A DNA stretch of 59,287 bases, counting the filler, from Platydemus manokwari (taxonomy: Eukaryota): assembly GCA_037951405.1 (NCBI GenBank). It is 5 parts of 5 records of this genome, joined end to end, with 100 filler letters (N's around TTAATTAATTAA, not from the genome) between each part and the next. Parts side by side here need not be neighbours in the genome. Positions count along the whole stretch, not along the records: positions 21,433 to 30,726 come from JBBMOY011270540.1; positions 30,827 to 40,150 come from JBBMOY011264540.1; 3 more parts are not named here. One strand, written 5' to 3'. The first letter of the stretch is position 1, and every line of letters begins with the position of its first letter. The notes under the pieces are model-generated. The model was not told where the DNA came from, did not search any database, and saw only the letters and a program-made list of their open reading frames with translations. Positions 24,135-37,271 of the stretch are shown one piece after another. Made by a program: the position numbers and the translations under genes.

Positions 24135-24975
24135 AATGCGTTACCAATACCTCTGACGTGTTACCATTGGCTGAGTTCTTTCTGTTCTTGTTCGAAATTC
24201 TTGTTCCAAATTGGTGTAACATTATTTTTCGTGTTGCCCTCGATATTGACATTTTTTACACCTGATTATATTGGCGAAATTTCTGGCTATGTAGGCCCTT
24301 TCATGGCAAGTATAACACCTTACAACCTTCGGAGTATTACAGTTTCGAGCTCTATGACCTTGTTGTTTGCAGTTGATGGAAGTCTTGGTTTTCATTTTTC
24401 TTAAATGCTCCTTTGGCTAATGATTTGTTTTTTCGTCTTGTTATCTAATCATCCGATGTAAGAGGATTCACATTTTTTACTTCCAGAACTTCAATTTGGC
24501 TTTTTATTACCTTTTAAAACTTCGGTAATTGAACAATGTCCTGCATTTTTATCTCTCTCCAAATCCTCAGCCTCTGAACAATGAACTACCAGGAATACGA
24601 CCAGATCTTCTTACATTGTTTCTCCACAATCTTTTCAATTTTATCAAAATAAAACATAGGCAGATTCGGACTCCCTTCGGTACTGGAGGTCTCTCAACCA
24701 ATTTTGAGCCAATGATCTTTTTTGAAACCAGACCTTTAGCAGTCTTTGATTATAATCCTTAATTTCATCTGGAACTGTATCGTATTGAGAGATCGCGCTC
24801 TGATATAATAAGGAAATTACAACCAGATTCCTCATTGATTTGGTTTCTTTGAAAATATCAAAGTATCGATTACAGCTTTTAATAAACTGAACGACATGTT
24901 TCTACTCGTCTGTGTTTTTCAGGCACAGGTCTGCTCAAAATCGCATCCATGTGCGCGGTTGCCATGTTATAAGCT
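24135..24975 (-). mobile_element. Gypsy LTR end/PBS/gag remnant, same family as 16737-17740
   Basis: TATAACA|TGGCAACCGCGCACATGGATGCG vs GCTAACA|TGGCGACCACGCACGTGGATGCG. Shares FIK.CNR, FLVVHC and CKQQGHRARNC/CYTCHE knuckles. Confidence 0.88.
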
Positions 24976-27189
24976 ATCTTCCTCGTTTAAATTCAATTTA
25001 ATTTTAAATTTTTTAGTAATTCAATATCATTTCAAAATATTTTTTTAATTCTTGAAATTATTATTAAATCATTAAAATTATTATTAAATTATTTTTATTT
25101 AATTATTATTGAATATATTTCCTTCGCAATTATCATTATTTTTTATTATTATAACTAATATAATTATTAGCATTATTATTTCTGTTAATAATTATACAAT
25201 TATTACCATTATGTCATTGTTATAATAAATATAATCATCAATATCATTATAAAAATTTATGTAATTCAATAAATATTTATTGATAATCAATATTCTTTAT
25301 TTGTTATATTTTAAATCGAATATTTGATTTGGCCATTTTCATTTATTCGAGTATCGATTCTTATAAGATGAGTTGAAATATTCTCAAATCTAAGATGAGT
25401 GGAGATGCCAAATAATTCCCATGTATTCTCAGATGGCATAATGATCGAGATATTGGAAACATTATTGATAAATATTATCACATAATTTAATTATTTATTA
25501 GTAAATTAATATTCCAACCAGATGAATTTCATCAAACTGTAAAAACTATGGGTTTAAAGATTAATATTTTCTTCTTCATCCAAACATTCTCCAAACCGAC
25601 TTTCTTTCCTGGAATATTGTCAAAATATCGATTATTATAATTACCAATTTATATATTATTATTATTCCAATCGTCATTATTATTATCATGATTTTATGAG
25701 TCGTTTGATGCTCGCTGCCCATAGAATATGAAATGACAACACCCACACACCTCATTGATTGTTTATTCAGATATTCTTAATCAATACAAACTATTCTGTG
25801 TATCAATCAAACGAGCAGCACAAACTATTTCATTGAATAATTTTTCTAAAAATTTTATAAAGCCAATCAATATTAGCTTGTCAGTGCTGTATTGCTTTTC
25901 TTAATCATTCGGTGTAATCGATTTATTGTAGCAAATATGATTTGAATTCTTGAAATATTGATTTATCGAAATTAATCGAATATAAAACATGTCTAATTTC
26001 TCAAATTATCAAACTGCTAGATTGATGGGCTGGAAATGTTGACAATATTGATGAATGTGTGCTCATGGAGTTCCATGTTGTCGAAATATATCTCTGTAAT
26101 ATCAGACGATTAAGTAGCACATCGTTAGAATATAAAGAGATTTAATTATTTGGTTAATGCAGTGGTTTGAGGAATCATAGTGTGACTTGGTTTATGTTTT
26201 GTTTGAATTTTATACTCACTGAATTGTTGTTGAATCGATCAACGTTCTTGATATTATTGAATTGGTTGTTTGATCCATTGGTCGATGTTTCAAACAAGGC
26301 AGAGCAGTCGAATAAGAGCGATCAAATTTCGGACAATCTTAGGATTGAATGAGTCATAGTCTGTCCTTTATTCTGAAATCCGGAATAAATTGCTGGTGAA
26401 GTTTTCCAAGTTTAATTTCATTTGTTCAAGAACTCGATCAATATTCATTAAGATTTAATTTTAATAATCTATATTGAATTATATTGATTATCGTGTTATA
26501 AAATCTCAAATGTGATTAGCGATATAATGATGATCATTAGGATGATCTAGCAATTGATTTTTTATAATCAACAACCCTCGCAGGCATATTCTCAAACGCG
26601 ACACGGTTGGGCCTATACAGTGAAGCTAATTTTATGGTAGAATATTTCTGTAATCGAATTTATGACGTCATAAAAAATATTACTATGGAAATTTACTACG
26701 GAAAGAAGATAAGCATTTTTACGAATTGTCTTGGAAACAACATCAATCGATAAGTTCGAAATATTAACAACTTAGAACAAAATGCCCCTCTGTTTGCTAT
26801 AACTTTAATAATATTGATGGAACTTATATGGAAACAAAATGAAATGACATCGAGAACTCACAGCTCACTGATCACTGATGTCAGAAAATGGGAACTATTC
26901 AGAAAATATTATTGGCCAATCTATCATTCATCGATAATATGAGTTGTCAACCAAAAATTCAAGATTTTTCATTTTTCGCTTCATATTTTATGTCAACAAC
27001 AAATACAAATGAACTAAATCAATATTTGTATCATCAATGAGTCATTAGCAGCCACCACGTTGAACCACAAACATCTCGAGATGAACTGCACAAGCACACT
27101 GATAACACCATTCTAGAAATTATTATTGTATTAAAATTTATCATATTTCTGGGTCTATCTCAGCATTAGATTTATCGATCACAACCAAA

Positions 27190-28645
27190 ATGACCAATTA
27201 TGATAAAATGTGGGAAATTTTGGAACAATATCATTTTGAAGTGGAACCTAACCTAACCGTTGTTGTGCGCTGCACTTTCTGTAAGAATTTATTGATCGAT
27301 GCTTGTCAAGGACCCTGTGGTTGTCTTTATTGTTGCCATTGTATAGAGAAATATTTGGAGAGTGGTGAAAAGTGCTGTCCTGGAACCAATCTTGCTTGTG
27401 ACTCAATTAGGCTGGATATGGAAACCAATATTACAAGGGATAACAATATAAACCATAAAATATCCCAATTGCAGACAAAATGTCCGTCCGAATCGTGTAA
27501 TTTTGTTAACAACTTAATTGAGGTTTGCAATCATTTGCAGATATGTGAGAAAGTACCCACGTTTTGTCCCTATCGATCAATGGGGTGCCTTATGAAACCG
27601 ATGCTCATTGATAAATTGGCTGAGCATTTGCAGATTGAGATCTATTCGCACAACAAGTTATTGGTCAAATGGATAACGAGAATGCAAAGCCATACTTCGT
27701 CATCAAATGACGAACAAATCGACAAATCGATGGAAAGTCAATTGGAGAGTTTGTTTGAGAAACTATCAATAGTTCTTTCCAAGAAGCAAGTACCATATTA
27801 ATTATTAATTGAATTTCATTACACTCCGTGTTCAGCTGCTTTTCAAGAATATATTGAATGAGATGGAAGAATTGAAAACGAAAACTTTTGAATTTGCTGG
27901 AATGACCAAATCGCTAAAAGAAATCAATGAAAGACAAAGCAGTGAAATTGCTCTGATGAAAGAAAACAATAACAAGAAAGTCGATCAATTTCATCGGGAA
28001 ACGCACATGGGAATCAAGAATTTGAAACAACAGTTGAAAGATCATGAAGCAAGTATGAAGAAAAGAGAGGTAAATTTTATCAGTAAACTCCGTTAATGGG
28101 AAACTCCATATATTTTGTAGACCGAAATGTTGAATTTGAAGCTCAAAGTCAAGAAATTAGAGGAGAGATCAAAGAGACCGGGTCACTCTGTGAAATATTC
28201 TTTGGAGAAGATTGTTAAGATTGCTTCATTCAGATGGAGTATTGATAACGTGAAAGAAATCAGAAGTGATGGAGAAGAAATGATTTATAGCGATTTTTTT
28301 CATACAATTGACAAGGATTATCGAATGAGAATTTGGATGTATCCCAATGGGAACGGAGTTGATCTTGGTGACAACATTACCATGCAATTGCTTGTTTGGA
28401 GTAATGAGGCGGCAGCTTGTCACGGGTCATTTCCATTCAAAGCAGATGTCTCCTTGTCCATAAAGAATGCATTGAAACCCGATAAGTGTTGCTGCATCAC
28501 TCAGCTTTGTCTTTTCGAAAAGCCAAATATTTTTCTTTATAGCATTTCAGATGCCTTTCATTTTAATTATTTTCAGCTCAATCTGGCTGGAGTCTTTCAG
28601 AACAATATTGTTGTGATTGAGTGTGCTTTATGGATTTATAAATAA
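27190..28645 (+). CDS. TRAF-family protein (RING - TRAF zinc finger - coiled coil - MATH), 3 exons, ~452 aa
   Basis: Exons 27190-27789, 27836-28069 and 28121-28645 join in frame across GT-AG introns of 46 and 51 nt. MATH motifs: FRWSI, YSDFFHT, YRMRIWMYPNGNG, FPF. Confidence 0.92.
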
Positions 28646-29219
28646 ATTATCGTTTTATTGTTACCCTCATTTATTATTATTAATCTCGTTGCTATTAGTA
28701 ACTCTGTATATACATACATCTTAGTTGGAGCTTTCCGAATCACGAGATGCTTACTCCTTTAATAAAAGAAATATATGACCTTGTGATGTTTCGAGTCATT
28801 TAATTCAAATGCAACCAACAGTGCTAAAGCAAGTCAAAAATATGTTAATAAAAAGCAGGATTTCTTTTGTGAAATTAATTCCTGATTTCGACATGGTATT
28901 GGGTGATTTGTCATTCCTGAATTGTTGTTTTGATTCGAGTTACTGAGATTGGCCAATCAATTATTCATTATTGAAGTCACACAATAATCGATATGGAAAT
29001 ATCGGTAATCAATTATTTTCTTATTTTATTTACAAATCCATTGCTTAATAAAAAATCCAGTAAATGTGCAGTTCAATAAACCTTTGGGGATAATCTTGGA
29101 ATAAATATCCGAAAATTTCGATAGCTTATAATTCCAAATTTAATCTGAACTCGTCAAAATCTTTGCTTATTTTACTGTCGAACTTTTAAAAGTTTCAGTT
29201 TCAAAATCATCCTCACAAA

Positions 29220-29400
29220 CATCGTTATTTCTGCACACACATTTTATCCTTTACAGGTCGCTTTTATATGTAAGAAAATAAGCTCGATTTATATTTTCAA
29301 AGGGTTTCTCATCTTTAAATTGTAATACAAAATTTTCTTCTAATATTAATTTCACAAACGCACTATCGGTGTTTGAGTAGTGCACTTCATATTTTCTTGA
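29220..29400 (-). pseudogene. Possible decayed family-B DNA polymerase palm fragment
   Basis: KYEVHYSNTDSAFVKL resembles vIYGDTDSvFV. Downstream RIKCVCRN resembles KG..cVRRD. Confidence 0.33.
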
Positions 29401-30726
29401 TACATTTTGCTAATCTTACATATGTATGTATATAAGTAAACGGAAAAGGCTGAAGTCATTGATTCGATAATCCCGAATAGTATGATGACTATTATATTAA
29501 TAAGTGGTCACTTTTACTTTTTTATTGATCACACTTGTTTCATGTTTATCATTAAAATACCCGTTATATGCTGTATTAAAGCTCTGCTAATCAATTGGAC
29601 ATATGATCCAGAGCAACGCTGAATACTGAAAAGGTGGAATTCAATAAAAATTACAAGATGACTGGTAATTAACCTGTATCGAGATGTTTCCAATTACCGA
29701 CATCAACTGTGATATTTATTGCGGTGATCTCTATTTTATGATGGTGTTTTTATACTCATATTAATGGATGCTGATTTCCTATATTTAATAATAATTATTA
29801 TTATTATCGTTGTTAGTCATTACAAAAATATAAATTTTTATTCACAAATTCATGATGATTTCAGTTCTCGGGAAAAATAATATAATCGATTTTGTGTCAA
29901 TCAAGTTTTATTATCCTTTATTAACAATGACAATTTATTTTTATATCACGTTCATAATGTGATATATTTATTAAAATAATACATCATTTTGTGATCCATA
30001 ATAAACTAATTATCATAATAAAGTGCTACACATGCGAGATAATAATACCATGATAAATGGCAACACATCTCAGTGTTTACTGGATTAAAATCACAATAAA
30101 ATGTTCGATATTATCAATATTATATTTTATTAAGTCAATAATATTGTTCTACCAGAATATTTTTAAATATCTTTCCTTTTTTGCGGATATTCTCGCCGGA
30201 GTGATTTTTATAATATTGATTATTTTCAATTACATGATATTCGTTGGGAAAGTTCCCCCATGTATCTAAATTTGTGGCTCAAAATAATTACCACAGCAGA
30301 GATGGAAAATGTTAATTTTGGATTTCATAATATAATCATTCATTGCTGGGTTCTTGAGGTATTGATTTCATAATCCACTCTTTTTATATTTTTTTAAGAT
30401 TCTAATCGAACTCCTGTAGCATGTATTTTCTATGTGGTACTTGTGGTATTTTTGTATGTTTTGTTGGTCGTTTTATTGCAAGAATTGGTTCATTGATTTT
30501 GCGTGGTTGATCATCGCCTACAATCAATGCATTATGATCATACCACGCATTTTGGTTTTTTATTTCTCTTCATCTTTTTTACATTATTATAAAAATTACA
30601 AATGTATCAAATTATAAATAATAAAAAATGATAAATATATTATAATGATAAATATATTTACATTTTATCGGTATTACACATAATCCAATATAAAAATAAT
30701 TCAACTGACTCAATACGTTTTTTATA

Positions 30727-30826
30727 NNNNNNNNNNNNNNNNNNNNNNNNNNNNNNNNNNNNNNNNNNNNTTAATTAATTAANNNNNNNNNNNNNNNNNN
30801 NNNNNNNNNNNNNNNNNNNNNNNNNN
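30727..30826. other. Artificial contig linker
   Basis: N44-TTAATTAATTAA-N44. Confidence 0.98.
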
Positions 30827-30829
30827 AAA

Positions 30830-31290
30830 CATTTAAAAGCTATTGAAAATAAATAGGAAAATATAAATAAAGCTATTGAATCGAGAGATATTGAATTAAT
30901 AAAACATATTTTAGAAAATGAGGTAAAACCGGAATATATTGAACACGAAACATTTCCAACGCAATTATTTGTAAAATCTATTATAGTAACGTTAGAAATA
31001 AAATAAATAAATAACAATAGTTTTGCAAATCTTTAAAATTTATAATATAGAAATTTTGATTACAAAATCAGAGGATAAAAACTACTTTGTATTTGTTGGT
31101 GATGGATTAAAATTTGAAATCACTGATGATTTATTAAACATTATTTTGGACAATTAAAACGCAAATAAAAATGAAAGTTATCGAAACTTATTTTGAAATG
31201 TTAGAAAAAACCAATCAACCTAATTTAAATACTTACAAACATGGTAAATATTTACAAATTTACAAAAGAAAAGAAAATTAAAGAAATGGA
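30830..31290 (+). pseudogene. Polinton/adintovirus-like gene, paralog of 13347-13800
   Basis: FKIYNIEILITKSEDKNYFVFVGDGLKFEITDDLLNII aligns with the segment at 13700-13795. Confidence 0.55.
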
Positions 31291-31349
31291 ACAGGTTTAC
31301 AAAGCGAAACTTATTGTTTATAAATCCATCGTTAGCAGACGAATAATCA

Positions 31350-31810
31350 TAATAAACTGTAGTCTTCACCAATTATGAATTCAATAGATATAAAATTTTA
31401 ATTTCTGTTGGAATATTATGTATTTTAATAATTATTTTACCTGCGCTTCCTGGAACTGGAATTTTTCCTGTAATTACTTTATATTGTGTTGATGGAACAA
31501 ACTTATAAACAATAAAATTAACTCTTTTAGAGAAAGTTTTTATATAAATAGTTAAAAAGAAGATCCATAGAGAAATTTATGAAGCAATAAGACATGTAAT
31601 GGAAAAACTATATATATTCCAACTAAAAGCTTTGGACAATAACATAATTAATTGATGAAGAAATTTTTTTTAGATTTAAGATAAGAATTTTAAAGATTAA
31701 AAATATAAATGAAGTTAAGAATGAGAAACGGATACAAAAAGAAGCTAAACGTAAGCATGTTAGAGAATTAAAGGAACAATGTCGAGAAGAATTAACAAAA
31801 TTAAAAAAAT
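31350..31810 (+). pseudogene. Adintovirus/Polinton membrane-associated ('GasderminX'-like) gene remnant
   Basis: A hydrophobic stretch (ISVGILCILIIILPALPGTGIFPV) is followed by KKKIHREIYEA...KALDNNII.DEE. This matches the recalled K.KH..I..lA......KAL.D..Is.EEF pattern. Confidence 0.5.
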
Positions 31811-31949
31811 TAATATGTAAAAATTAATTATCGTAAAATGTACGAAGTACCTTCAGGTGACTTTCGACAATGTCAAATTTGATATGTACTAAACTATTAG
31901 AAAAACTTTTAGCGGAAATTTTAAACGTAAAAATTGATATTTATCAAAA

Positions 31950-32430
31950 TGTTTAGAATACTATCAGGATTATCACCAAAAAATTCGTTATAATAAGAAA
32001 GAATATTCCTAACAATAATGGTGACAGCAAAAAGAATACAATCAAAATCATAAACAATATATTAATGATTACCAGAAACGTAGATATTAAAATTTTTATC
32101 AAGTGAGAATAAAAAGACATCTAAAAAATTCAATACGACGAGCAATAATCGAAAATATTAATTCCCAAACTTTATATAAATATTTAAGTTGTTCAATCGA
32201 TAAATTAAAGGGTTGGTTAGAATATCAGTTTGGCGAGAATGTGTCTTGGGAAAGTTATAAAAATTATTGGCATATTGATCATGTTTTACATGTAAGTAGA
32301 TTTGATTTTACAAATGAAGAATATTAGAATATGTTTTAATTGGAAAAATCAACGTTTAGTTGATAGCGAAAATTTAGTGAAAAGTGATGAAATTGATGTA
32401 GAAATGATAAATGATCGAATGATCAATTCG
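31950..32430 (+). pseudogene. HNH/endonuclease VII-like nuclease of NCLDV/phage/Polinton type
   Basis: YLSCSIDKLKGWLEYQFGENVSWESYKNYWHIDHVLHVSRFDFTNEE, then after a frameshift ICFNWKN....ENLVKSD. Confidence 0.8.
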
Positions 32431-34759
32431 TAAATTTTTGAAATGGATTAACTAAGGGAGATAAAAAATTGTGAATTATCATTTAAAGTGGTTAATTTAA
32501 AATCCAAAAGGTTAACATTCTTTGGTAAAACTGAAAGTTTTTGTATTTATCTCATCTTCACAGATAAATCCTTTTGATCGAAATTATGTAATGATAATTG
32601 ATATGTTTTCAATACTTATTTATCAATCATGCTTATCAGAATCAGTTCTTATAATATATCGAAAGTAATCCTCATTAATAAATAAATATTCTTTAAATAA
32701 GTTATCAGACGATTTTACAAATATCTTCAGGACACAACATCTTTCGCTTATAAATTATTGGTATTAAACAATTGTTAATTTGTATTAAATAAATATCATA
32801 TTGTTAAGTGTTGTTCATTATCGACTGACTAATTTACACCACCTAATTAACTGTTAGTATTAAGATTCTTGATAAAAACATCAAACTTTTAACTATTTTC
32901 AATTAAAAGCACAAAAATCGTCGATAATAAATCGTTGATTGGAGACGGAGTAAATCCACCAATTTAATTTCCATCAGAATTATTATAATAATTATTATAA
33001 TTTCTAATATAAAAATGAATTAGGTTACACATTGAGATAAATCGAGAAAGTGAACTCCAAACAAGACATATGTCCAAGACTGCAAATTATACTGAAGTCT
33101 TATAATAACGTTTCATAAAATTTATGTATACATCTAAATAAGTATTAAAATAGACTTTAATCTTTCAAATTATTTATATGAAAACAGTGTATATATCTGG
33201 AAAATTTAATGCCAATACCGACACAATGACTCACGTACCATTATTGAAGATAAAATATCATAAGTCGAGAGAGTAGAAGTATTTGTTGATGTTATAAACA
33301 ATAAAGAAGAGTTGATAAAAAATTGCATTGGTTTTTATCAAACAAAGTCTTGATGTTATATCTTCAAAGTACAAAACAAATGTGAATTCTTTACAATTTT
33401 TCCAATATATTTACGAATTCCATGGGGTCATAAGATGTAATCTGTTTCTGAAGAAGTTCAAAACACGGATACTGAAATCATATTCCACTATTTTAAAAGA
33501 CTTCGATTATACAAGCAATTGTTATACACAAATCGATCAATGTTTTTCCTTTTTAAAGAATTTCAACCATGTAGTTTACTGCAACAAATATTTTATCAAA
33601 CAAATACGTTTGAAATTTGATCCACTCAATAATGTTCAGATAACGAACTCCAGTCTCGTTGGTATAGATTTTAGAATAAAATAATGTTCTCATTCTCAAA
33701 GTCAAAATTTTTACTTTTCAATCAACTTTTATCTTTCAGCGATTTTGTCATTTTATTTTTTGGGTTTTTATTAATTTTTCCAATTCTGCCTGAGGCTAAA
33801 AAATTTTTGTTTTAATTTTTTCTGATTTTTCATACGACTTTTATACTATTTTCTTATTTGGATTATAAATAATTTATTTTATTATTTTATTTTTCCTATT
33901 GATTTATAAAATCATTTTCTTTTTATACTCGGGCATTTTTCTTTACCTTCATTGCAAATCCACCCCCATTATTAATAAGATTAATCCCCCACATTATGAA
34001 TAATATATTTCATTTCTGAGTATTTATTGATTATCTTCCTACATTTTTTATATTATTATCATTTTATTATTTCAGATTTTATTAATTATTTATATTATAA
34101 ATTAAATTATATCGGCAATATAATTTATAATAACCAAATCTAATAAAACAAACAATAATGATTGTTTTAAATATACAAAGGCCAAATAATAATTTTGATT
34201 TCCATTATTACGTAATAAAATATTAGAGTCATTAAAAAATTGGCGCAATGTGATAACAACAATTACAACTGTCCATATCGACGAGGTTGATAGAGATATG
34301 TGTTATGTACTACTAACATCCATTAAAAGCATAAAGCGTATTATCGTGTTCTGTGATTATTCCAAAAATATGCCAGAAAGTTTCGAGCTACGAAATCATA
34401 TAACCGAAACAATAGATAATTTATTAAATAAAGAATCTATTGAATTCTGAACTGATGGGATAAATAATTTTCTTAGAATTGATCAAAACGATAAAATTTA
34501 ATAAATCCGAATTTCACGAACAAATTGATGACTTGTCATAGCGAAACATTTCAAAAAATTCACTCAAATTTTAAAAATCAATAGAAACCTGATTCTGACG
34601 ATTATAGCAAGCATTTTATTAAAATTAAATTTTACTGGGTTGGTTATATTAATTAAAATATCGAAAGTGAAAAAATCAAATAAGTTTATTTTTATAAAAA
34701 TTGATATGTTGAAGCTTTTTATTGAAATATTGTGAAATGTTTTAAACGAACTTATATAT

Positions 34760-36717
34760 TTAGTTATTTTTATTATTTTGTTTTTCTTGATGTTCTTTAT
34801 TTAAATTCAGACCCATTTGAGTATTTACAAATTCAGTAGCTTCTTTAATTTCTTTCTGTCTTTTTTCTTCATTCCAATTCAATTCTTCAGCCATTATTTC
34901 CGAAATTCTAGGAATTAATTGGTTGGCAATCTTTGAATCAAGGAAAGCAAGTCTTATTCTTCTAGCAATAACATCAACAACAGTGCATGCATATTCTTGA
35001 CAAGCATATCTCACTTCTTCTTCAATATATGGAAAGTCAACGTGCAAAAGTTTCCTTTCAACTCCACCTTGATTATTGTTTGACTTTGATAATTTTAAAA
35101 CTTCCGTACTTTTTGTACCATATGTTGAAGCTAAGTGTTTAGCTACTTTGATATTTAAATCATATTCTTGTTTAAGAGTGATATAATAATTTTCATTGTA
35201 ATCATGAGCTCCTTCTAGCAACAATCCTTTTGTAATACATTGTTTCTTTTCAATACCTACAATCTCATAAATTTTATCTACAGCTTCTTCAGCCATTTGT
35301 CGATATGTTGTAAATTTACCACCAGCAATTGTTATTAATCCATCTTGTGAAACTTCAATTATATGATTTCTTGCAATTGATTGTGTATCTTTACTGTTGA
35401 CATCTTTGACTAATGGACGAATTCCTGACCATGCAGATAAAACATCTTCTCTCCTAACCTTTATATCTTTATCAAAATAATTTTCCACTTCACCTAATAT
35501 AAATTGAATTTCTTCTTCAGTTGGTATCGGAGAATTCGTAACTTGACAAGGTGTATCAGTAGTACCTACAATTGTTCGGTTTTGCCAAGGAAGGAAAAAT
35601 ATAACTCTTCCATCTTTTGTTGATGGATCTAAAAGTCCAACTTTATCTGGACTGTAATAATCTGGTAAAATAATGTGAGTCCCTGAACTTGGTTGGCATA
35701 TAGTTGTCTTTTTACCATCCACCATATTTCTAACAGAATCTGTAAATGGGCCAGTAGCATTTATGACACATTTTGCTTTAACTTGATATTTTTTTCCGGT
35801 TAATAAATTTACTACAACAGCACCATTGATCTTTTGTGTATTTGAATCTTTAGTCAACGAAATAACTTCCGTATAATTACTCACTACTGCTCCATAACGA
35901 ATAGCAGTTAAAGCTAAAGATAAACACATTCTTGCATCATCTTGTTGTCCGTCGTAATAAATCAATGAACCTTTCAGATTTCTTTTATTCAAAATTGGAA
36001 AATCTTCCAATGTTTGCTTCTTATTTAGAAAGTAGCTTGCTTTCAATATCTGAGTTCCTGATACGATATCATATAATTTAATTCCTGCCCAATAATAAGG
36101 TATCTGCCACCATTTATAAAGTGGTAACATAATTGGAATTTCAGATGCTATGTGGGGAGCAATTTTTATGAGATTAGCTCTTTCATTGAGAGCTTCCATT
36201 ACCATATTAAACTGTTCAATATCGAGATTGAATACAGCTTTTTGTAAATATCTAACACCTCCATGAATAAGTTTTGTACTACGACTTGATGTTCCACTGG
36301 CAAAATCGTTTCTTTCAACTAAACATGTTTCTAAACCTCGACTAGCAGCATCTATAGCTATTCCAGAACCTGTGGCTCCACCACCAATTATGAGTACATC
36401 AAATTGCTTTTCCATTAAATCTTTCAACATTTTTTCTCTCTTGGGTAATGATTTCTTGAATTTTTCCATTTCGGTAAAAGCAATGCTAGTATTAATCTAT
36501 AATTATGAGAGATCATATTTATATTTATGATTTAATTAAAAGTATTACTTCTGCTTTTCTGAATTCCAAATATTTCGGTACAAATTGAAGAGAAGCCAAA
36601 GATGTTATTGCTGCAGCTGTTCCAAATTTAAAAAGTTTTTTAAAATCTAAGAGATTATTTTGAAATAAAAATATTATTATTTAGTACAAGTAACTCACTA
36701 TTTCCAAATCTGAACAT
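34760..36717 (-). CDS. GPD2: Mitochondrial FAD-dependent glycerol-3-phosphate dehydrogenase, 3 exons, ~617 aa
   Basis: Motifs IIGGGATG, SGTSSRSTKLIHGGVRYL and DGRVIFFLPW. Exons 36699-36717, 36549-36646 and 34760-36496 join in frame across two 52-nt GT-AG introns, adding the presequence MFRFGNNFKKLFKFGTAAAITSLASL. AATAAA lies ~37 nt after the stop. Confidence 0.97.
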
Positions 36718-37271
36718 TCTTGCTAAAATAATTATTAGATGATGGTTATTTAAACAATTAATTTTTTTTAAAATTTTCCTTGTTTTAATTATCTCGGTCT
36801 TAAATATTAAAATTTAAAAATATTTCAAAATTAAAAATTAATAATTCATTTATTAATTTAAAATTTTTTAAAAATTTAATAATTAAGATTGAAAAAGTAT
36901 AACAGAATTTGTGGATTTTGTAATTTTCTAATTATAATTTATTAATTTAAAATTGTGCATGTTTTAATCATCACATACCAATTTGATAATATCAAACAGT
37001 TAAATAAATAATATTTAATTTCTTTTTAATATTTCCTGTTACTGTGTTCTTGCTTGAATTGATTGTGTTATTTTTTATTAAGGATATTTAGAATAAATTT
37101 ATTAATATTTAATTGGAATAATTATTATTAAATAATAAAAATTTAAACATTATGCAATAATTTATATTTATTTCAGCAAATCATTGACATAAATTCAATC
37201 CAGCAAATATCAAGTGTTACAATGAGCAGAAAAATTTAAAATTCAAACTTCAAGAATAAATTTAGTAAGTA

